The notes under the pieces were generated by a model, which was not told where the DNA came from, searched no databases, and saw nothing but the letters and a program-made list of their open reading frames with translations. A program made the translations under genes and the position numbers. Below are positions 1-8,914 of a DNA stretch of 32,965 nt, in pieces. The stretch is from positions 1-32,965 of IMG/VR virus record IMGVR_UViG_3300020045_007415; one strand, given 5' to 3'. Source of the DNA: a virus (lineage: Duplodnaviria > Caudoviricetes). Every line of letters begins with the position of its first letter. Position 1 is the stretch's first letter.

Positions 1-38
1 TATAATTGATAATAATTTTTTGATAATTACAAACATGG

Positions 39-170
39 TTAATCAATATTAAAAATATATTCAATTGAAACTTTTTTTAGTTCTTTAGTTTTTTTATTTA
101 TTAATATTAATAAATCATTTTCAAAATCAAAACCTATTTTATATTTTTCTGTTTCTGTTAGTTTTTTCAT
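39..170 (-). CDS. small hypothetical protein (43 aa, MKKLTETEKYKIGFDFENDLL...)
   Basis: Manually translated, below the ORF-track cutoff; AATTATG start context; its 5' part lies in copy 1 of the 86-bp repeat. Confidence 0.45.
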   Translation of the reverse strand: MKKLTETEKYKIGFDFENDLLILINKKTKELKKVSIEYIFNID

Positions 171-209
171 AATTTAGTTGTATCAATATTTACTATTTGT
201 TCTTTAGGT
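124..209. repeat. 86-bp exact direct repeat, copy 1 (copy 2 at 4981-5066)
   Basis: AAATCAAAACCTATTTTATATTTTTCTG...TTTGTTCTTTAGGT is identical at both positions. Confidence 0.95.
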
Positions 210-238
210 TGTGATAATGATAATACTCCGTAAATATT

Positions 239-448
239 ATGAATCCATTTGAAATATCTTTAGCGGTACAAAAAAGTAATAAAGATTATGAGCAATATTG
301 TGCTTTCAATAATTTATTAAAATATAAAAAGTTTAATCTAAAACAAGAAAAAAACAAAGAAATAAAAGAAAGGCTAAAAGAAGAAATAAAGCATCTTAAA
401 ATTAGTATCAAGTCTTTTGGATTTAAAACTTTAAATGAATTATGTTAG
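239..448 (+). CDS. hypothetical protein
   Basis: 69-aa ORF overlapping the next ORF, upstream of terS. Confidence 0.55.
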   Translation: MNPFEISLAVQKSNKDYEQYCAFNNLLKYKKFNLKQEKNKEIKERLKEEIKHLKISIKSFGFKTLNELC

Positions 449-666
449 TATTAGTAGAATTAGATAGAAAAGATTTAGAAAATTTATTAAAAGCAACATA
501 TCCAACGTATAACCAGTTTGATAACCAGTTTGATAACGAATTAGTAAAAAAAGCTGGTCACGAATATTCTGATGCGTATGGTAAAACTTATTGGACTAAA
601 TTAGGACTTTTAACAGATGACGAATTACAACAATTATATAAACTTTGTAAAGATAGTTGGTTATGA
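442..666 (+). CDS. hypothetical protein
   Basis: 74-aa ORF with an in-frame 12-bp tandem duplication (NQFD NQFD). Confidence 0.55.
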   Translation: MLVLVELDRKDLENLLKATYPTYNQFDNQFDNELVKKAGHEYSDAYGKTYWTKLGLLTDDELQQLYKLCKDSWL

Positions 667-836
667 AAATAGAGTCAAAAGATTATGAAAGTTTACCAAA
701 TGACAAAATACACGAAGATTGTCCTTTGCTTAATGAAAAAGAAATAATTGTTTTTGTAAATAAATAAAATATGGTTATGGCTAATACCATTATAAAGAAG
801 TATTGAGATAATACTAGACCATTAAAATATAATATT

Positions 837-1247
837 ATGGCAAGACCGAGCGAATATAACTATGAATTATGCGAAGAAATTTGCAACGAACTTGCTGAAG
901 GGCAAAATATAAAACGTATACTTAATTCAAAAGAAGAATATCCAGACTGGACAACTTTCAGACGTTGGAAGAATCAAAATGAAGAATTACGCACCCTGTA
1001 CATAAATTCACAGCACGACAAAGCAATAGCTCTTGAAAACGAGTTAGACGATTTAAGGGATATGCTAACTTCAAAAGAAATTGACGCTTCTACTTACAAT
1101 GTATTAGCTAATACTATTAAATGGAAAATGGCTAAATTTTATCCTAAAGTTTTTGGAGATAAAACAATTCATTCAGGAGACGAAGATAATCCTATTAAAA
1201 CAACTACTACAATAATTAATTTAGGTTCAGGAAAAAGACCAGAATAA
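837..1247 (+). CDS. terS: terminase small subunit (Sf6-like)
   Basis: MARPSEY..ELCEEICNELAEG...P.WTTFRRW HTH-like N-terminus; KW...K..PK.FGDK motif; overlaps terL by 1 nt. Confidence 0.85.
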   Translation: MARPSEYNYELCEEICNELAEGQNIKRILNSKEEYPDWTTFRRWKNQNEELRTLYINSQHDKAIALENELDDLRDMLTSKEIDASTYNVLANTIKWKMAKFYPKVFGDKTIHSGDEDNPIKTTTTIINLGSGKRPE

Positions 1248-2569
1248 TGCAATTATTAGAAAAACAAGAACATGCTATTTATTATTTAAACGACGATGAA
1301 ACCGAAGAGGTTTTGTATGGTGGCGGTGCTGGTGGTGGCAAGTCCGCTTTAGGTTGTTTAAGATTAATAGAATTATGCCAGCAATACGCTGGTATTCGTT
1401 GTTTAATGGGTAGAAGTAAATTAAAGGCATTAAAAGAAACAACTTTAAACACTTTTTTTCAGTTAGCTAATGATTTAGGTATAAGTAGTCAATTCAAGTA
1501 TAATGCGCAATCAAATATTATCTATTGGAATAATGGTAGTGAAATACTTTTAAAAGATTTATTTTTATATCCTTCAGACCCAAATTTCGATAGTTTAGGT
1601 TCTTTAGAAATAACATTTGCTTTTATAGATGAATGTAATCAATGTTCTTATAAAGCTGTACAGATTGTAAAGTCACGTTTACGTTATAAGTTGAAAGAAT
1701 TTAATTTAAAGCCTAAAATGTTAATGACTTGTAACCCCGCAAAAAATTGGACTTATTCAGAGTTTTATAATCCTAATTTAAAAGGTAATTTAATACCTGA
1801 AAGAAAATTTATACAGGCTTTGCCAACCGATAACCCGCACTTGCCAGAATCATATATTAAAACGTTAAATTCATTAGATGAAGCAAGCAAAAAGCGTTTA
1901 TTATATGGCGACTGGGAATTTGATGACAATCCTTATGCAATGTTTGAGTATTCAAATATTTTAGGAATGTTTACAAATGATTTTATAAAACCAACACAAG
2001 AGCGTTATTTAACTTGCGATATTGCTTATACTGGTTCAGATAAGTTTGTTTTAATAGTTTGGGCTGGTTTAGTTATTCAAAAGATTATAGCTATTGATAA
2101 AATAGATGATACCCAAGTAAGTAAAAAAATAAACGAATTACGAATAGAATATAGAGTTCCTTTAAAAAATGTTATTTATGATGCTGATGGATTGCAGACT
2201 TTTACACGTAACTCTTCAAAAAGTGGCGTTTTGTCTGGAGCAACTCAATTTAATAATAATGCAACACCAATAAAAGTTTCAGGTAAAAAAGAAAACTTTA
2301 AAAACTTAAAGGCGCAATGTTATTTTTATTTTGCCGAATATTGCAAGGATAATTTAATATTCATACAAGAAAAAGATTATAGAACACAAATAATTCAAGA
2401 ACTTGAGCAAATTAATAGAAACCCATTAGACGACGACGGTAAAATCTCTTTAGAAAAGAAAGATGCTATTCGTGAAAGGTTAGGTCGCTCTCCTGATTTT
2501 GCTGATGCAATTATGATGCGTTTCTACTATGAAATAAAAGGAAAAAATAAAATTGCAATTATTTGGTAA
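1247..2569 (+). CDS. terL: terminase large subunit
   Basis: Walker A GGGAGGGKS, Walker B FIDE, motif TCNP, DNPHL, RLLYGDW, nuclease domain DIA..GSD and RSPDFADA. Confidence 0.95.
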   Translation: MQLLEKQEHAIYYLNDDETEEVLYGGGAGGGKSALGCLRLIELCQQYAGIRCLMGRSKLKALKETTLNTFFQLANDLGISSQFKYNAQSNIIYWNNGSEILLKDLFLYPSDPNFDSLGSLEITFAFIDECNQCSYKAVQIVKSRLRYKLKEFNLKPKMLMTCNPAKNWTYSEFYNPNLKGNLIPERKFIQALPTDNPHLPESYIKTLNSLDEASKKRLLYGDWEFDDNPYAMFEYSNILGMFTNDFIKPTQERYLTCDIAYTGSDKFVLIVWAGLVIQKIIAIDKIDDTQVSKKINELRIEYRVPLKNVIYDADGLQTFTRNSSKSGVLSGATQFNNNATPIKVSGKKENFKNLKAQCYFYFAEYCKDNLIFIQEKDYRTQIIQELEQINRNPLDDDGKISLEKKDAIRERLGRSPDFADAIMMRFYYEIKGKNKIAIIW

Positions 2570-2577
2570 ATTATTTG

Positions 2578-2585
2578 TATATTTG
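2578..2585 (+). promoter_or_regulatory. Bacteroidota-type -7 promoter motif TATATTTG upstream of the portal gene
   Basis: Matches TAnnTTTG, in the intergenic gap. Confidence 0.5.
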
Positions 2586-2604
2586 AAAAATTTATATTAT
2601 TAAA

Positions 2605-4224
2605 ATGATATTTAAAGACGACAACGAGGCAATTGAGTATTTAAAAGCTAATCAAAAAGTTTCAGATGACTTTGTTGAAATGCGTAAATATTCCAAAGAA
2701 TTAAAAGCATTAGTAAATGGAGAAGATTTTATTGATGAATTAATTTGTAAGATTGAGAATTTAGAAAGCGATAAAAAAGCAAATGCAAGGGCTTTATATA
2801 GTCGTAGTATTAAAGACTTATTTTCACGTTTATTTCAGCCTATTGATAACATTTATTATGCTTCAGGCGGTGTAAAAGAATACGATATAAATAACCAAAC
2901 TGTTAGGACTAATTTCTTAAAGCAAATTGCAAATATTAGAGATAATAAAAGCCTTTCTGAATGGGTGCAAACTTATGCTGTTCAGCTTTATAACACAGAC
3001 CCAAACGGAGTTATATTTTTAGAATATAAAACAGAACCTAAAATAGATGTTTACCCAACTTATAAAAGTATTGGTAAAATTAGACACTACAAAGAAAAAG
3101 GTCAAATATTAGAATACATTATATTTGAACCTAAAGTAAAGAATAAAAAAACTTATTGGCGAATTGTAGATGATTTAACGGATAGAACTTTTGAGCAAAT
3201 TGGTAATGATTTTGTTTTAGTTCCAGAAAAAACATTTATACATCCTTTCGGGCAAGTTCCAGCGTTAATTTGTTCTAACATCCAATTAGCAGGAGAGGAT
3301 GAAAAACTTGCACCAATTGACCCTATTATTGATATTGCAAAAGAATACGCTCGTGACCAATCTTTTCTAACTCTTTATAAAATTTACAAAGGAAACCCTA
3401 TATTTTGGCGTTATGTTCAATATTGTAGTGATTGTTCTGGAACAGGTAAACAAGATGAAAGCAATTGTACTTCTTGTAACGGAATGGGTAAAATAGTTGC
3501 TAAATCAGACGTAACAGATGTAGTTGAGTTACCAATTCCAACAGACCAAGAAAGCCCAGTTATTGCGCCTAATATTGCTGGGTTTATTTCGCCTGATTTA
3601 GAAGTTTGGACAAAGTATGAAGAAACATTAAAGCTATTAGAAGAACAGATGTATAAATCGCATTGGGGTACTTCTTACGGAATGAATAATGTTCAAGGAA
3701 TGAAAACAGCCACAGAAGTTACTTTTGATAAACAGCCTTTAGAAAATCAATTAAACAAATATGCTGATTTTATTGAGTATATTGAATGGAAACTTTCAGA
3801 ATGGATTTTAAATTTGTTAGATGTTCAAAAAACAGATAAATTTGATAGTAAAATAACTATTAATTTAGGGCGTAGATACATTATTGAAAGCTACGATGTT
3901 TTACTTGAACGTTACGAAAAGTCAGTTTTAGCAGAAGAAAACAGCGTTGTATTAGATAAATTATTCACTGAATATTTAGGAGCAAAATATAGAAACAATC
4001 CTATTGATTTACAAATTAATTTATTAAAAGCAAGGATAGAACCATATTTACACCTATCTTTGACTAAAGTGAAAGAAATATTTGGAAACGAAGAAGCACA
4101 AAAAAAGGTATTATTTAGTAAATGGTGGCAATCACTAACAAACTATTCGCAAGATGAAGCTAAATTATTAGCTGATTTTAATAAGTGGTTTGAACAAAAT
4201 AAAAAAGTAGTAACATTAAATTAA
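2605..4224 (+). CDS. portal protein with a CxxCxGxG zinc-finger-like insert
   Basis: 539 aa directly after terL; HPFGQVP motif; KTATEV motif; CSDCSGTG...CTSCNGMG. Confidence 0.75.
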   Translation: MIFKDDNEAIEYLKANQKVSDDFVEMRKYSKELKALVNGEDFIDELICKIENLESDKKANARALYSRSIKDLFSRLFQPIDNIYYASGGVKEYDINNQTVRTNFLKQIANIRDNKSLSEWVQTYAVQLYNTDPNGVIFLEYKTEPKIDVYPTYKSIGKIRHYKEKGQILEYIIFEPKVKNKKTYWRIVDDLTDRTFEQIGNDFVLVPEKTFIHPFGQVPALICSNIQLAGEDEKLAPIDPIIDIAKEYARDQSFLTLYKIYKGNPIFWRYVQYCSDCSGTGKQDESNCTSCNGMGKIVAKSDVTDVVELPIPTDQESPVIAPNIAGFISPDLEVWTKYEETLKLLEEQMYKSHWGTSYGMNNVQGMKTATEVTFDKQPLENQLNKYADFIEYIEWKLSEWILNLLDVQKTDKFDSKITINLGRRYIIESYDVLLERYEKSVLAEENSVVLDKLFTEYLGAKYRNNPIDLQINLLKARIEPYLHLSLTKVKEIFGNEEAQKKVLFSKWWQSLTNYSQDEAKLLADFNKWFEQNKKVVTLN

Positions 4225-4231
4225 ATATATT

Positions 4232-4597
4232 ATGTCACAAATGGGAGTTTACAGGCTTCACAAATTAGCCAGAGTAGGTAACAATTTCACAAAAGATGTG
4301 AAAGTTAATTTAGAACGTGATTTACACGTTATCCAAAATGAATATGCAGAAACAATAAATGCACATTCAGAAGTAAACGGATTAGTTTATGAAAAAGATG
4401 AACAAGCAACAAAGTTGTATTTAGAAGGTAAGCCTTTCAAAGTGGTAAAAGAATACGTAAAATTTGAAGAGGTTAAAGACGACGAAAAAGAAGCTCTTTT
4501 AAAAGAGTATTTAGAACTACAAGGCGAACCAGCGAAAGGAACGTGGGGAGTTAAGAAATTAAAAGAAGAAATTGAGAAATTAAAAACAATTGAATAA
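4232..4597 (+). CDS. hypothetical head-module protein
   Basis: 121 aa between portal and scaffold; C-terminal short helical repeat-like motif (W..KKLKEEI). Confidence 0.6.
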   Translation: MSQMGVYRLHKLARVGNNFTKDVKVNLERDLHVIQNEYAETINAHSEVNGLVYEKDEQATKLYLEGKPFKVVKEYVKFEEVKDDEKEALLKEYLELQGEPAKGTWGVKKLKEEIEKLKTIE

Positions 4598-5034
4598 TGG
4601 CATTAGAAAACATTACAGAGCTGGAACAAGCTTTAGGAATTGAAGGCGGTAAGCTACAAGAAATGATTACAAGTGAAGAAGTTCACAAAATAGATTTATC
4701 TGAAAAGATAATTTTAGACAAACCAATTTATGATGAGCGTATTTCTAATATTAAAAAAGAAAGTTCACAACAAGCTTTAGAAGTAGCTATTAAAGAACAA
4801 CGAAATGCTTTAGGGTTAGATTTTCAAGGTAAAACGATGGAAAACCTTGTAACTGCATTAAAAGCTAAAGTAGAAGCCGAAAGTAAAATTGAACCTGAAA
4901 CAAAATACAAAACTCTAAAAGCAGATTTTGAAAAGTTACAGGAAAACTTACAACAAAAAGAAAATGAGTTTAACACTTTCAAATCAAAACCTATTTTATA
5001 TTTTTCTGTTTCTGTTAGTTTTTTCATAATTTAG
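4597..5034 (+). pseudogene. probable capsid scaffolding protein, truncated at about 4980 and fused to unrelated sequence
   Basis: Coiled-coil, E/K-rich protein switches abruptly to hydrophobic PILYFSVSVSFFII where repeat copy 2 begins; no capsid gene follows. Confidence 0.55.
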
Positions 5035-5066
5035 TTGTATCAATATTTACTATTTGTTCTTTAGGT
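4981..5066. repeat. 86-bp exact direct repeat, copy 2
   Basis: Identical to 124-209. Confidence 0.95.
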
Positions 5067-5173
5067 GCTTTTTTAATAGTTGGAAAAGTATTAACATATA
5101 TCTGCTGTTCGCTTTCTTTAATGTCTTTGATAGCGTTTTTTTTAGCTTTTATATGGTTATACTTTATGTTCAT
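5024..5173 (-). CDS. small hypothetical protein (49 aa)
   Basis: Manually translated MNIKYNHIKAKKNAIK...; TATATTTG motif just upstream (5178-5185); stop overlaps the next ATG (ATGA). Confidence 0.45.
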   Translation of the reverse strand: MNIKYNHIKAKKNAIKDIKESEQQIYVNTFPTIKKAPKEQIVNIDTTKL

Positions 5174-5327
5174 ATTTCAAATATACGATTTTATTTTAAA
5201 CCGAAGTATATATAATCTAATTTTTTAATAATCTCTTTTAATCTTTGTGGGTTATCTTTAGTTATATAAAGCTTTCTTTTTTCTTCTTCGAGTTCGTTTA
5301 TTGTTGGTTGTTTAGGTTTGTTTTTCA

Positions 5328-5606
5328 TTAATCATTTTTTTTATATTTTTCAATAATTAACAAACAACTATCTCCAACTTTCCATTTATTTTCATATTCA
5401 AAAGGCAAAATTACTTTTTCTGTAGCAATATCTGATTGTACAAAAATAACTGGATTTTCTGAAATAGAGCCTCTTCCATATCTTTTTATTCCTTTTTTTA
5501 AAGCAGATACTCTACCTTCAATAATTTGCTGTTCTATTCTTGTATATTCATTATTTTCACATGAAATAAATAATACTGCTGTTATTAATAAAAACATTTC
5601 TTTCAT
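5328..5606 (-). CDS. putative lipoprotein
   Basis: Hydrophobic signal ending in lipobox-like FISC. Confidence 0.6.
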   Translation of the reverse strand: MKEMFLLITAVLFISCENNEYTRIEQQIIEGRVSALKKGIKRYGRGSISENPVIFVQSDIATEKVILPFEYENKWKVGDSCLLIIEKYKKND

Positions 5607-5618
5607 AATAATTATTTT

Positions 5619-6245
5619 TTAGTTATATATTCCTATCATTTTGTTAAACTTGTTTCTTAACTCTATACGCTCTTTTGCGTTATAGGTTTTATTTTCAGTT
5701 TCTAAATACTTTACTATTTGTCTTGCTATTTGTGTTTTTTCTTTTAAATCGTTAATAGTTAAATCAATTAGCTTGTATTTTCTTGTCAGTTCAAACTTTA
5801 CATATTCCCAATATTCTTTACCATAGCGTTCAATAAGTCCATTATCGTATTCTATTATGTTTGCCGACTTTTCAACGTTACAATAGTAATCTTGTAAATG
5901 TATGTTATGAAGATTATATCTTAATGTTTTATTACTGCCTACACTTCTATAATGTCCTCCTTGTGGAGATTTATGGCTATTACAACTTATACAACCACTT
6001 CCTTTATCAATTAGAATAGCAATTTTATTTACTGGAGCTTCTAATTCTTTTTCGTAGTCTGTTTTAGTTTTTAACTTTTCCTTAATCTCTTTCTTTTCCT
6101 TTTGCCATTGCTTTGCTTTTTTCTTTTCGTTTAGTTCTTTTACATATTCGTTAAAAGCTTTTATACATTCATCGTCTGATAAGCAAAACTTTTGATTAAA
6201 GTATTTAGAATCGAATTTTGTTTTATGATATAGACATCTTGGCAT
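5619..6245 (-). CDS. ninG: NinG/Rap-family recombination endonuclease
   Basis: N-terminal Cys region; CISC...GGHYRSVG...LRY...NIHLQ...CN; Y..GLIERYG. Confidence 0.85.
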   Translation of the reverse strand: MPRCLYHKTKFDSKYFNQKFCLSDDECIKAFNEYVKELNEKKKAKQWQKEKKEIKEKLKTKTDYEKELEAPVNKIAILIDKGSGCISCNSHKSPQGGHYRSVGSNKTLRYNLHNIHLQDYYCNVEKSANIIEYDNGLIERYGKEYWEYVKFELTRKYKLIDLTINDLKEKTQIARQIVKYLETENKTYNAKERIELRNKFNKMIGIYN

Positions 6246-6268
6246 TGTAAGTTGTTGATTTTTAATTT

Positions 6269-6302
6269 TTTGCCTTAGTTAGTTGCGTCAAGCGAATAGT
6301 TA
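6269..6302 (+). other. attI-like 34-bp array-terminal site, copy A
   Basis: 31/34 identical to the reverse complement of 19366-19399; ends in G|TTA at the first cassette boundary. Confidence 0.6.
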
Positions 6303-7397
6303 ACCGCTATTTTAAAAGACGTTCGGTAATCTTTCACGAACTTTAGCGAAAACGAAATGTTGAAGCGTTTTAAAATTAATAGTTGGGTTACGATTTTCTT
6401 TAACGAAATTCCAACATTCCTCTTTTACTATTTCGTAGTAAATTACATTTAATAATCTTGGTATCATTTTACTACTCCAACCATCAATACTTTCAATTTT
6501 AGCAAACTCTTTTTCGCAAAAAGCAATTGTAACATATTTTTCAGCAATTTCTTCTTCAACCATTCTTTTACCTTCAATAGTTGATTTTCCCATAACTTTA
6601 GCATGTTTCTCTTTAAACTCGCTTGTTACTATTTTTGCCCAAGTTTGGCGACCATATTTATTCTTATAATCGTAGTTTTTAACAACAATACCTTCTCCAT
6701 AACCTTTACCATCTTCAATAAGAAAATCGTTTTTCATTAATTGATTCACTAATTGTTCGTAATTACTATTTCTGATTACTGCGATTGGCGGTATGAAATC
6801 AATTTCGTGTTTCTCTAATAATGGCTTATAATCGTTGTAATGCAAATAATTAAACTTTTCATCTGCATCGTGTTGTAATTCTGATAAATCTCTATCTTCT
6901 ACAACTTCAAAAACATAAAACTTTCTCCAAGCATCGTTTCTGTAAGTTTTTAAAGAATGTGGCACAAGCCATTCGCCAAAAAGTCTATGTGTTGGGTTTT
7001 CTTTTAGATAATTTAATAAGTTTTCTTGTTTTAAAACCCATTCTAAAAATCCTGCATTATCTTTTTCAAGTGATAAATGACGTGTTCGACTTCCAGCTTG
7101 TATTTCTCCGTTATGAAGCCATACACTTGCATTTGTGCCATCAATTTTTGGGAATATGTGGCATTCTCCTAATTCAATGTTTTGAACTTCTGTAGTCCCA
7201 AATCTTTCTAAATGTTGATACTTTTTAAACATATTTATAAATTTTAATTTGATTAATAAAAAAAACAGCGGTTAACACACGTTTGGCAAAAAAGCGGGTT
7301 CGGTTATTAATTTAAAGTTTGTTTTTTCTTTATATGTTTTGGTGCTTAATCAAAAGTTTTGGTTTATTTATCCGCTTCTTCGCCAAGCACTAGGACG
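6300..7397. mobile_element. integron-like gene cassette A1 (RNA ligase plus attC-like site)
   Basis: Bounded by G|TT; GTTAACCGCTATTTT (6299-6313) pairs with AAAACAGCGGTTAAC (7262-7276). Confidence 0.7.
6312..7232 (-). CDS. RNA ligase (Rnl2-like nucleotidyltransferase)
   Basis: Motif I KIDGTN, motif Ia GSR, motif III FGEW, IIIa FYVFEV, IV GEGIVVK, V WAK. Confidence 0.85.
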   Translation of the reverse strand: MFKKYQHLERFGTTEVQNIELGECHIFPKIDGTNASVWLHNGEIQAGSRTRHLSLEKDNAGFLEWVLKQENLLNYLKENPTHRLFGEWLVPHSLKTYRNDAWRKFYVFEVVEDRDLSELQHDADEKFNYLHYNDYKPLLEKHEIDFIPPIAVIRNSNYEQLVNQLMKNDFLIEDGKGYGEGIVVKNYDYKNKYGRQTWAKIVTSEFKEKHAKVMGKSTIEGKRMVEEEIAEKYVTIAFCEKEFAKIESIDGWSSKMIPRLLNVIYYEIVKEECWNFVKENRNPTINFKTLQHFVFAKVRERLPNVF

Positions 7398-7400
7398 TTA
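7273..7400 (+). repeat. attC-like site (128 bp)
   Basis: TAAC at 7273, arms CGTTTGGCAAAAAAGCGG (7280-7297) and CCGCTTCTTCGCCAAGCA (7372-7389), ends GGACGTTA. Confidence 0.75.
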
Positions 7401-8269
7401 ACCGCTATTTTAGCTCAACCTTATCTATAATTATGCCTTTATAGTTAATCGGGTAAGGTAAGCGTTTTAAATAGTTGTAAGGCAATCCTAAAATAGTACA
7501 CATTTTTTTAAATCCTGTATAACCTTCAATTGTGGTTTCGGTTCTTACTATTATTGCGGTTCGCATGATATTATATTATATAAAATTGTTAATAAAACAA
7601 GAACTATAAAAATAGCATTAAACCATTCACTGCTTTCTTTTTTTGTCATCTTTTATAGTTATTATTTTCTTTTTTTTACCTAATTTTTTTACTGAAACAG
7701 GTTCGTAATAAGTGTTTCTAACTCTTTCTTGATAACTTGCACTATCAAAAGAATGTGCTATTATTAGAACTAAAATTATTCCTAAGATGATTAATATTGC
7801 CATGTTATTTAGTTTTTAAAATTATACAAAATACATTATATATAGATAAATCTAATGTGTTTAATTGTAACCATATAGATTTTATTTCTCCATAAGTTTC
7901 AGGTTCTACATTGTAAATCCAATCCCCAGTTTGGTCTTTCTTGTGAGAATATGCTATTCTTACATCGTTGTAAGATGAAATAGATAATAAAAAACTTTCG
8001 TTTTTAATTTTAATAGTTTTAACTGTTAAATCTGTTGTCATGTTTTCAGCTTGTTTTTTAGTTTCTAAAGTTGTCATAATTTCTATTTATTTATTATTAT
8101 AGTGTAAAGATAGTAATTATATTAACACTACAACTATAAAATTAAAAAAATCGATGAAATGCACTAAATTTTAACATTTGAATATAAAAACAGCGGTTAA
8201 CAAGTGTTTTGCTCAATTGTGCCGAAAGTAGTTTGCGGTTAGGCACAACTGAAGCAAAGCACTCGGACG
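7398..8269. mobile_element. integron-like gene cassette A2 (several small ORFs, own promoter, attC-like site)
   Basis: GTTAACCGCTATTTT (7397-7411) pairs with AAAACAGCGGTTAAC (8187-8201); contains ORF 7805-8077 and about three shorter - strand ORFs. Confidence 0.7.
7805..8077 (-). CDS. hypothetical protein (cassette cargo)
   Basis: 90-aa ORF with AATTATG start; TATCTTTA promoter-like motif at 8105-8112. Confidence 0.6.
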   Translation of the reverse strand: MTTLETKKQAENMTTDLTVKTIKIKNESFLLSISSYNDVRIAYSHKKDQTGDWIYNVEPETYGEIKSIWLQLNTLDLSIYNVFCIILKTK

Positions 8270-8272
8270 TTA
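8198..8272 (+). repeat. attC-like site (75 bp)
   Basis: TAAC A AGTGTTTTGCTCAATTGTGCC ... GGCACAACTGAAGCAAAGCACT CGGAC GTTA; imperfect hairpin with one extra base in one arm. Confidence 0.8.
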
Positions 8273-8686
8273 ATAATATTGTTGTATTTCTTCTTCAATA
8301 GTTTCGTTTGATATTCCTATCCATTTACAAATAACGTCTTTTGTTTTTTCGTATAACTCGCTGAATTGTATATCATCCATATTTCCGAATGAAATCGAAT
8401 CCGCTTTTTTAACAATTTCTCCAGTTATTTTATTAATGTGTTCGTTATAATATCCGCAAACTATTGTTAAATCGTGTCGCATTTCTTCGAGTGTTCTATA
8501 ATCGATTTGGTTTTCAAAAGCTAATTTAAGAAGTGCAAAGTACTTTCGATGAAATTTCGAGTTTCTGCGTTTGGTATATTCTATTTCAAACGTTTCGTTA
8601 ACTGGCATTTTAGCAAAGTTTTCAAAGTCCGAATCATAAGCAGGCTTTAAAAATCCGTTTATTGTTTTAACTACTAAAATTTTCAT
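8270..8686 (-). CDS. DUF1367-family protein
   Basis: RNSKFHRKYFALL..AF, ...SISF.NMD..F.ELY pattern typical of nin-region DUF1367. Confidence 0.8.
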   Translation of the reverse strand: MKILVVKTINGFLKPAYDSDFENFAKMPVNETFEIEYTKRRNSKFHRKYFALLKLAFENQIDYRTLEEMRHDLTIVCGYYNEHINKITGEIVKKADSISFGNMDDIQFSELYEKTKDVICKWIGISNETIEEEIQQYY

Positions 8687-8886
8687 AACTCATCGTCTGT
8701 TATATCTTCACGTTCTTTTAAAATTTGTAGTAATCTTTCAGGTTTTAATAAATATCCAGCTATTGCTTCATCAGTTCCAAATTTACCGCAATCAGAATAA
8801 AAATCTATCTGAATTTTACCGTTTGGTAAAATATCTATTAAACAAGTTGTTGTTTGTTCTTCTAAAGGTTTGTATAAAATACTCAT
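8683..8886 (-). CDS. hypothetical protein
   Basis: 67-aa ORF overlapping the next gene by 4 nt. Confidence 0.55.
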   Translation of the reverse strand: MSILYKPLEEQTTTCLIDILPNGKIQIDFYSDCGKFGTDEAIAGYLLKPERLLQILKEREDITDDEL

Positions 8887-8914
8887 AATTTATTTATTTA
8901 GTTATGATAATTTA

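Noticed and set aside
509-537. 12-bp tandem duplication ATAACCAGTTTG
   Set aside because: Simple in-frame slippage duplication with no further structure
4824-5027. 67-aa - strand ORF
   Set aside because: Chimeric: the first 15 codons duplicate ORF 39-170 and the rest is antisense to the scaffold gene
124-5066. 86-bp repeat as DGR TR/VR, prophage att sites or transposon ends
   Set aside because: The copies are identical (no adenine-specific differences), there is no RT, integrase or transposase, and the repeat is ordinary coding sequence
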